8,743 bases of DNA, from contig NW_021828346.1 of the NCBI RefSeq assembly GCF_006345805.1, forward strand, positions 1 to 8,743, read 5' to 3'. Below, one piece after another: positions 1-6,699 of this stretch (the first letter of the stretch is position 1; every line of letters starts with the position of its first letter). The notes beneath the pieces were generated by a model. It was not told the origin of the DNA and searched no databases. It saw only the letters and a list, made by a program, of their open reading frames with translations. A program made the position numbers and the translations under genes. This DNA comes from Octopus sinensis. Its lineage: Eukaryota.

Positions 1-130
1 TATACGACGAGCTTCTTCAGTTTCCGTCTACCATATCCACTCACAAGGCTTTGGTTGGCCCGAGGCTATAGTGGACCCGGAACCATGAGGTTGATAAGCA
101 AACTACTTACCACACAGCCACTCCTACGCC
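1..130 (-). mobile_element. SINE family A, 5' part (tRNA-like head), internally deleted, cut by the window start
   Basis: The reverse complement reads GGCGTAGGAGTGGCTGTGTGGTAAGTAG...GGTTCCGGGT/CCACTATAGCCTCGGGCCAACCAAAGCCTTGTGAGTGGATATGGTAGACGGAAACTGAAGAAGCTCGTCGTATA. It aligns by eye to the copy at 4315-4480 except for a ~36-bp deletion. Confidence 0.9.
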
Positions 131-339
131 TATGTTATTTAAATAATCATTTGCTTTTGATTGTGATATCATGTTTGTGATGTGACGCTGATTGAGAAAT
201 AAAGTATCTAACTGTCTATATTTGTTGTATTGTCTGTATGTCCTTCTTTGGAATTAGGTCTTTGTTGAAAATACTATTTTCTAGCTACACCACAATTTGT
301 TTACTCTTATGCTGTTGTAGTAATAAACTGGTGAATTCC

Positions 340-590
340 TGGGCAGCGTTTTATATATTAACGCTGTGAACACCGCCTGACTGAATGGCACTGCCGAGGT
401 GTCGAAACTATAGTGATATACGTTTGAGCAGCTGATGACGGAAATCCACATATATTATGCTCGATTGTGAATTTCTCATATCTTGGTCTCATTATTCTCG
501 GTTGTCCATTTTGTGAAGTGGAAAGTGTTGGTGGATTCATAATCTTTGTGGATCACTTACTTTGGTATTGTTTGCTTTTCTAAATAGGTA
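340..590 (+). mobile_element. Possible Penelope-like terminal-repeat relic (degenerate hammerhead-like motif, CTGATGA, T-rich tail)
   Basis: Hairpin CAGCGTT/AACGCTG (344-366); CTGACTGA-AT-GGCAC/GTGTC stem-GAAA-CTATAG-T (377-414); CTGATGA at 432-438 followed by a T-rich tract. The family assignment is inference only. Confidence 0.25.
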
Positions 591-644
591 ACCTAAATAG
601 GCTCGCACAAGGATTAGATATTGGTGTCTAGTTTTTGGAGGTTC

Positions 645-709
645 TGTGGCATATGTATGCGCGTGTATGTGTTGTGGGTGCGCACGCGTGCAAGTATGTG
701 TTATGGAAT

Positions 710-758
<49 letters not shown>
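645..758. repeat. GT-rich low-complexity tract plus (TA)n microsatellite (708-758)
   Basis: Read directly from the sequence. Confidence 0.9.
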
Positions 759-759
<1 letters not shown>

Positions 760-761
<2 letters not shown>

Positions 762-1250
762 CTACAATCCGTTTAAAAACCTCGATGTTTCCCAGGAATG
801 AATGTTGACTGTCAACGTACATTGTACTTTGAAGTTCTGACAACAATTTACCATTGATTTCGGAAAAACTTTAGACACAGAGACCAACCACCATGTAGAA
901 ATTGGCAAGCAACTTTAAGTGGAAGCTGAAGAAGACGATGACCATTAAGTTTTAATATGTCACACTAACAAAACCGAGAAAAGTGGAGTTGCTGCAGCTG
1001 AACACATGAAGATCCAACAGGAAATCATCAAAGACGAATAAGCGATTGAGAAACCCCTAAAGTTCACTCGTAGGTAGAATGTTGAAAATTTTAGTACGAC
1101 TGAAAAGGCATTAATTTCTTTAGTTTCAGAAACCAAATATCCACTCAAAAAAACTTATGAAAGTATAAGCAGATGTTAGCGAAGATTGCCTGCGACAAGA
1201 AAACTTAAGAAGAAAAGAGCAAAATTATAACATCTCCTGATGAGTTTTTT
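760..1250 (+). pseudogene. Decayed pogo/Tigger-like DNA transposon transposase, C-terminal region
   Basis: Hand translation of frame +1 from 760 gives IYNPFKNLDVSQE*...QQFTIDFG...VEIGKQL*VEAEEDDDH*VLICH...EKPLKFTRR*NVENFSTTEKALISLVSETKYP. Frame +3 at 1185-1250 gives IACDKKT*EEKSKIITSPDEFF. The blocks match, in order, Tigger-type C-terminal motifs as I recall them (YNI..AIKNI..AW; LGKQLGLEVDEDDVEELL.SH; PKKFT....AEAFS.IEKAL; IACY.EIY.EKK....TSLD.FF). There are six in-frame stops and at least one frameshift. Confidence 0.6.
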
Positions 1251-1884
1251 TGTTTTATATTTAGAGAGTTGAGACGGGCCACAAGAGGCAGGACATGTAA
1301 GTACAAAAGACGTTTGTATCTATAGGCGGTTATGTAATCTTTAAAGCCATCCCTAGCGTCTGTCCCTCAAACTCAAGTGACATTCCATCTTCAACTTCTT
1401 TTCTATTATTGATCTAACTGTAACATCTTTACAAGCGAAATCAGTACCAGCGAGCAAAGCAATGTCTAAAATACTTAAGAGTATAGAACCATTATCAGGT
1501 AACACTGTGTAACACGATTTTTGTCCTTGGGTAGCAACTGTTATTTCCTATTTGCTTACCCCTAGACAGTATGAAAAATGGCTAATATTTTCTTCAAAAA
1601 TTTGCTTTTGTAACATTAATTATACCCCCAAAGAATCACTCTCAATATATGGCTATGATGCTCCCACACTACTCCTGTTCGTGATCAGAGATGCATATAA
1701 TGTTAGCCAAGTGGAAATGGCCAAGTGGTTAAGGTAAAGCAGCTGACAAGCAAATCTGTGGTATTTGAGGAGAATATCTGCTATAACGATATTTGTGCTT
1801 CAGCAACTCAGCGCTGAATCTGCCTGAAATTTAATGGAAAATAGGTCACAAAAGCAAACTATCAAGGGAATAGTAATCATTTAC

Positions 1885-1902
1885 TATATATATATATATA
1901 TA
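1885..1902. repeat. (TA)9 microsatellite
   Basis: Read directly; it abuts the putative fold-back element. Confidence 0.95.
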
Positions 1903-2463
1903 CTACATTTAATTAGAGGATATGTTACTCGTAACCACGTGAAGGGATGGTTGCATCCAGGGAAATACTGGTTCAATACCTAGTATTTTTGAGGAAGGAA
2001 ATTCCCTTAAAACCAACAGGTATATATTAAGCATATAGCTTATATCCAGTTAAAAGAAGAAAAGAAAGTGGAGATAAGGAAGTTAATAATTGCTTATTAT
2101 TAACAAATTGGTCATCTTCACTTCTTGCAGCCATTTCAATTAATACCCTGTAATTTAATTACAGATTTGTACATCAAATTTACATTTATGTGACATGAGT
2201 ATAATTTCATCAAAGAAATAAATATGTACCTTTGGATGTTATCGATAGGCCCACATATAACATCCAAAGGTACGTTTTTTTTTTACTCTGATGAAATTAT
2301 AGTAATGTCACATAAATGTAAATTTAATGTACAAATTTGTAATTGAATTATTGCGTATTAATTGAAAAGGATGTAAGAAGCAAAGATGATCAATTTGTTA
2401 ATAATAGACAATTATTAACTTCCTCATCTCCATTTTCTTTTCTTCTTTTAATGGATATAAACT
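1903..2463. mobile_element. Putative non-autonomous fold-back/MITE-like element with a truncated right arm
   Basis: AT-rich, non-coding, long terminal palindrome, starting right after a (TA)n run. The segment 1903-2036 has no mirror on the right. No TSD could be confirmed. Confidence 0.4.
2037..2463. repeat. Long inverted repeat: arms 2037-2242 and 2257-2463, 14-nt spacer
   Basis: Hand alignment of the left arm against the reverse complement of the right arm gives about 24 mismatches and 3 gap positions (~87% identity). The innermost 17 bp, GTACCTTTGGATGTTAT/ATAACATCCAAAGGTAC, are perfect. Confidence 0.95.
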
Positions 2464-2470
2464 CTCTTTG

Positions 2471-2658
<188 letters not shown>

Positions 2659-2984
2659 TTCTGTTTACTTCAGTCATTAGACTGTGGCAAGCTGGGGCTC
2701 CGCTTGGAGAGTTTTAGTCGAACAAATCAATCCCAGTGCTTTCTTTAAGCCTGGTCCTTATTTTGTAGGTCTCTTTTGACGTATTGCTATGTTATAGGGA
2801 CGTAAACACGCAAGCACCGATTGTTCAACGGTGTTAGGGGGCAAACGCAGACATAAAGACATCCTCCCCATACACACATATAGGCCAAAGTAGAAGACAC
2901 TTGCCTAAGATGTCACGCAGTGAGACTGAACCCAGAGCCATGTGGTTGGGAAGCAAGTTTCCCACCACTCAGCCACGTCAGTGC
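2659..2984 (-). mobile_element. SINE family A, diverged near-full-length copy with a ~60-bp internal deletion
   Basis: Tail (TTTACTTCAGTCATTAGACTGTGGC), middle (GGGACGTAAACACGC) and head (AGTAGAAGACACTTGCC...GACTGAACCCAGAGCCATGTGGTTGG) all match the reverse complement of 4315-4700. The GACGGAAACTGA segment is missing. Confidence 0.88.
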
Positions 2985-3040
2985 ATATGTACGCACACAC
3001 ACACACACACACACACACGCACAGATATATATGTATATAT
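2985..3040. repeat. (CA)n/(TA)n microsatellite
   Basis: Read directly from the sequence. Confidence 0.9.
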
Positions 3041-3482
3041 TGCTGGCGACACGAGAATTTAATGAATTCTCGAGAGAACGTGAAATATGTCTCACTTCGG
3101 AAGAGTGGATCTCGATGTACATAAAGCTATAAATAAGAAAATGTAAATATTGGTTTATAAAGCCCTTACGTGTTTATATTCTTGAATGTGATAAAGTGTA
3201 GAATTAGATTATTTTCCTGCTTCCAGCTACAGAATTTGGAAAATAGGGCAGATTCTCCCCTCTCCCACTTATTTTGTGATTACAGGGGATTTTTGAAAAA
3301 CAAGGGAGAATTCGCGGTGGTGTTCAGTGAACAAATTAAACACTACCGGCAGTGGCGAAAACGTGAACCGATCACGTTTATATATAAATTTTTTTTATAT
3401 GTTTGTTCCTTTTTACACAATATTAAACATCGGCTAAAACTTTTCTGAAGCAACACCCTCACTAATTTATCTATGAGCCGCA

Positions 3483-3486
<4 letters not shown>

Positions 3487-3527
<41 letters not shown>

Positions 3528-3539
3528 TATATATATATA
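3487..3539. repeat. (TA)n microsatellite
   Basis: Read directly from the sequence. Confidence 0.97.
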
Positions 3540-3540
3540 A

Positions 3541-3660
3541 TATTCTTTCATCGGTCTTTTTGCCTAAGTGTTAGTTTACGGAGACGTAAACGCACCAACA
3601 CCGGCTGCCAGGCAGTAATGGAGGGGGTGAGGACAAACGTGGACACAAAGACAAACATAC
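3541..3660 (-). mobile_element. SINE family A internal fragment
   Basis: TATTCTTTCATCGGTCTTTTTGCC...TTACGGAGACGTAAACGCACCAACACCGG...GGACAAAC matches the reverse complement of about 4510-4603. Confidence 0.8.
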
Positions 3661-3700
3661 CCACACACACACACACATATATATATATATGTGTATATAT
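3661..3700. repeat. (CA)n/(TA)n microsatellite
   Basis: Read directly; it corresponds to the internal microsatellite position of SINE A. Confidence 0.85.
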
Positions 3701-3802
3701 ACCACAGGCATGCATCCCCCAAAAAGGTCTTCAATCCAATGTTTAAATGCTGTTAGTTATAGCTTTATGTGTTCCGAGATACACTGTTCCAAAGTAGAAC
3801 TT

Positions 3803-3833
3803 ATGTGTGTGTGTTTGTGTGTGTGTGTGTGTG
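3803..3833. repeat. (TG)n microsatellite
   Basis: Read directly from the sequence. Confidence 0.95.
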
Positions 3834-4065
3834 AGAATGATAACCGTTTATATGAGGTGGACGTATAGTTTACCTGCAATGCATTGCCAGTCTAATTCGC
3901 GTCAATTTCGTAATAACCATCTTTGTTTTTTTATTTCGAAGCATGCTTTTCTTCTCTTTCGCATATTCCATTATCAGAATCCACAATAACCTAACTCTTA
4001 CCTCTTTTATTTTTGATCGATACCAATAAATTCTTACTGTATGTGATTATTCAAATCAAATTGGC

Positions 4066-4314
4066 TACACATACATACATACATACATACATACAGAAAC
4101 ACATACATACGCACGTACGTACAAACGCATGTATATACATACATCAATACATAAATGCATACGAACAGGCACACACACGATACTACACAACACACACACA
4201 CACATACATATGTCTATTTGAAAATACATAAGTGTATGTATATGCATATACATATACATACATATATGTATACATACACACTTATGTGTGTGTATGTGTA
4301 TATATATATTTATA
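4066..4314. repeat. Degenerate (TACA)/(CA)/(TA) low-complexity tract
   Basis: Read directly from the sequence. Confidence 0.9.
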
Positions 4315-4700
4315 GGCGCAGGATTGGCTGTATGCTAAGTAACTTGCTTACCAACCACATGGTTCCGGGTTCAGTCCCACTGCGTGGCACGTTGGGCAAG
4401 TGTCTTCTACTATAGCCCCGGGCAGACCAAAGCCTTGTGAGTGGATTTGGTAGACGGAAACTGAAGGAAGCTCGTCGTACATATGTATATATATACGTAT
4501 GTGTATATATATGTTTGTCCCCACAACGTTGCTTGACAACCGATGGTGGTGTGTTTACGTCCCCGTAAGTTAGCGGTTCGGCAAAAGAGACCGATAGAAT
4601 AAGTACTAGGCTTCCAAAGAATAAGTCCCGGGGTCGATTTGCTCGACTACAGGCGGTGCTCCAGCATGGCCACAGTCAAATGACTGAAACAAGTAAAAGA
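4315..4700 (+). mobile_element. SINE family A, full-length copy (tRNA-like head, TTGGGCAAG core, internal microsatellite, 3' tail)
   Basis: It starts GGCGCAGGATTGGCTG. A-box-like TGGCTGTATGCTAAG at 4325-4339; B-box-like GGTTCAGTCCC at 4368-4378. It ends CAGTCAAATGACTGAAACAAGTAAAAGA. Five or more homologous copies are visible in this window. Confidence 0.93.
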
Positions 4701-4715
4701 TTAGAAGAGTTTATT

Positions 4716-4834
4716 GATAGAATAAGTACTACGCTTACGAAGAATAAGTCCTAGGGTCGAGTTGTTCGACTAAAAGTAATGCTCCAGCATGGCCGCAGTC
4801 AAATGACTTGAACAAATAATAGAATCAAAGAATA
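4716..4834 (+). mobile_element. Second SINE A 3' module directly behind the first
   Basis: GATAGAATAAGTACT...GCTCCAGCATGGCCGCAGTCAAATGAC repeats 4593-4700 at roughly 85% identity by eye. Confidence 0.9.
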
Positions 4835-4840
4835 TTGCAT

Positions 4841-4858
4841 ATAGATACATATATGAAT

Positions 4859-4897
<39 letters not shown>

Positions 4898-4921
4898 TGC
4901 ATGTATGCATATCAATATATA
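4841..4921. repeat. (TA)/(CA)n compound microsatellite
   Basis: Read directly from the sequence. Confidence 0.9.
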
Positions 4922-5063
4922 CTGTCCTCTAAATTACGCGAAAATAACACCGACATCTCATTTTAACAGATATATTTACCAAAATGACATAAAGATATCT
5001 TGAAATACTAAAGAGTAAATTTAGTCAATAAAATTGCCATTGGCTTCAACTACGGCCTTCAGT

Positions 5064-5180
5064 GCATGTGTGTGAGTGTATTTGTGTGTGTGTGTGTGTG
5101 TGTGTGAGTGTGTGTGTGTATGAGTGTGTGTGTGTGTGAGTGTGTGTGTGTATGAGTGTGTGTGTGTGAGAGTGTTTGTG
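5064..5180. repeat. (TG)n with TGAG/TATG interruptions
   Basis: Read directly from the sequence. Confidence 0.95.
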
Positions 5181-5398
5181 TCTTTGGGTCTGTGTTTGTT
5201 TCCTCACCGCTTGACAACTGATTTTAGTGTGTTACCGTCCTCGAGTCCTAGCGGTCCGATAATAAAGATCGAAAAAATAAGCAACTAGCTAAAAAAAATT
5301 TTTTTAATGAATGTGCACTATTATTGGTTCATTCATCTTCAAGCTGGTGCCCCAGAATAGCCGCAGTCTTTTAACTGAAACAAATAAAAGATAAAATA
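5171..5398 (+). mobile_element. Old SINE A-related 3' half
   Basis: GCTTGACAACTGAT...GTGTGTTACCGTCC...TAGCGGTCCG...GGTGCCCCAGAATAGCCGCAGTC...ACTGAAACAAATAAAAGA is collinear with 4510-4700 but much more diverged. Confidence 0.75.
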
Positions 5399-5456
5399 TA
5401 TGCACATGTCCTCATACACAGGTGTGTATATATGAATGTAAATGTATAACAATATG

Positions 5457-5468
5457 CATGAACATATA
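5457..5468 (+). repeat. Left target-site duplication of SINE B (CATGAACATATA)
   Basis: Identical to 6420-6431. It extends to 18 bp with one mismatch (5451-5468 versus 6414-6431). Confidence 0.88.
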
Positions 5469-5469
5469 T

Positions 5470-6419
5470 GGCGGAGAGCTGGCAGAAACGTTAGCATGCC
5501 GGGTGAAATGCTTAGCAGTATTTCGTCTGCCGCTACGTTCTGAGTTCAAATTCCGCCGAGGACGACTTTGCCTTTCATCCTTTCGGGGTCGATTAAATAA
5601 GTACCAGTTATGCACTGGGATCGATATAATCGACTTAATCCGTCTGTTTGTCCTTGTTTGTCTCCTCTGTGTTTAGCCCCCTTTGGGTAGTAAAGAAATA
5701 GGTATTCGTCTGCCGCTACGTTCTGAGTTCAATTCCGCCGAGGACGACTTTGCCTTTCATCCTTTCGGGGTCGATTAAATAAGTACCCAGTACGCACTGG
5801 ATCGATATAATCGACTTAATCCGTCTGTTTGTCCTTGTTTGTCTCCTCTGTGTTTAGCCCCCTTTGGGTAGTAAAGAAATAGGTATTCGTCTGCCGCTAC
5901 GTTCTGAGTTCAAATTCCGCCGAGGACGACTTTGCCTTTCATCCTTTCGGGGTCGATTAAATAAGTACCAGTTACGCACTGGGATCGATATAATCGACTT
6001 AATCCGTCTGTTTGTCCTTGTTTGTCTCCTCTGTGTTTAGCCCCCTTTGGGTAGTAAAGAAATAGGTATTCGTCTGCCGCTACGCTCTAAGTTCAAATTC
6101 CGCCGAGGTCGACTTTGCCTTTCATCCTTTTGGGGTGATTAAATAAGTACCAGTTACGCACTGGGATCGATGTAAGCGACTTAATCCCTTTTTGTCTGTC
6201 CTTGTTTGACCCCTCTGTGTTTAGCCCCTTGTGTGCAGTAAAGAAATAGGTATTTCGTCTGCCGCTACGTTCTGAGTTCAAATTCCGCCGAGGTCGACTT
6301 TGCCTTTCATCCTTTCGGGGTCGTTAAATCAAATACCAGTTGCGTACTGGAGTCGATTTAATCAACTGTCCCCCTCCCCCAAAATTTCGGGCCTTGTGCT
6401 TAGAGTAGTAAAGAATATT
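5470..6419 (+). mobile_element. SINE family B (tRNA-like head plus a GCCTTTCATCCTTTCGGGGTCGAT core, possibly the MetaSINE-type domain), expanded to a 5-unit tandem multimer
   Basis: The head is GGCGGAGAGCTGGCAGAAACGTTAG. Units start at 5518, 5702, 5883, 6066 and 6250 (periods 184, 181, 183, 184). The last unit ends in a distinct tail, CCCCAAAATTTCGGGCCTTGTGCTTAGAGTAGTAAAGAATATT. A TSD flanks the whole array. The Meta-domain label is from recall. Confidence 0.93.
5480..5554 (+). promoter_or_regulatory. Internal Pol III promoter of SINE B (A-box-like 5480-5494, B-box-like 5542-5554)
   Basis: TGGCAGAAACGTTAG and GAGTTCAAATTCC resemble tRNA-type A and B boxes. The B-box-like motif recurs in every unit. 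Confidence 0.6.
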
Positions 6420-6487
6420 CATGAACATATAATCAAACGACTCAGGCCAGTTAAACACGAACCAGCAGTCATTTGATTCGCGTAGAT
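6401..6487 (+). repeat. Direct repeat, copy 1 (87 bp)
   Basis: 86/87 identical to 8657-8743; the only difference is C6443 versus T8699. Confidence 0.97.
6420..6431 (+). repeat. Right target-site duplication of SINE B (CATGAACATATA)
   Basis: Identical to 5457-5468. Confidence 0.88.
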
Positions 6488-6699
6488 TGATTTATCATAT
6501 ACACAGTTCTATTATTTTCTCTGATCGATTCCAAAGGTAGGTTAAATGGTAAAACACTCTTCTTAGAATCCAAAGAATTACCTTCCTTCACCCACATGGC
6601 CTCTTGTATATTTATTGACATATTTGTATATTTAATTAACGAATTATTTGTATATTTTAGTTGAATACATATGCTGTCTGGTAATTGAATATTCAAGCA

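Noticed and set aside
1236-1245. CTGATGAG (and CTGATGAA at 2288) as hammerhead or C/D-box motifs
   Set aside because: They lie inside the transposase fossil and the fold-back arm, with no partner motifs or stems.
1718-1734. Perfect tRNA A-box-like TGGCCAAGTGGTTAAGG
   Set aside because: No B box or cloverleaf follows, so it is not a tRNA gene or SINE head.
1440-1860. Segment that seems familiar as a high-copy cephalopod interspersed repeat
   Set aside because: There is no second copy, TIR or TSD in the window. The impression is from recall only and needs a repeat-library search.
3287-3310. GGATTTTTG...AGGGAGA resembling the U2 snRNA Sm-site region
   Set aside because: The highly conserved U2 5' sequence is absent and the flanking stems do not match.
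3940-4045. Splice-like signals: plus-strand acceptor at 3977 with donor GTATGT at 4039, and minus-strand donor GAG/GTAAGA at 4002/4001
   Set aside because: The plus-strand candidate exon has stops in all three frames. The minus-strand one has a poor acceptor and no recognisable peptide. Such motifs are expected by chance.
4315-4390. tRNA gene call for SINE heads (also 5470-5560)
   Set aside because: A- and B-box-like motifs are present, but there is no full cloverleaf and the sequence continues into a SINE body.
5518-6419. Tandem array considered as a CRISPR array or a hammerhead retrozyme array
   Set aside because: There are no unique spacers and the context is eukaryotic. I found no CUGANGA/GAAA core on either strand of the unit. 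A SINE head, tail and TSD explain it.
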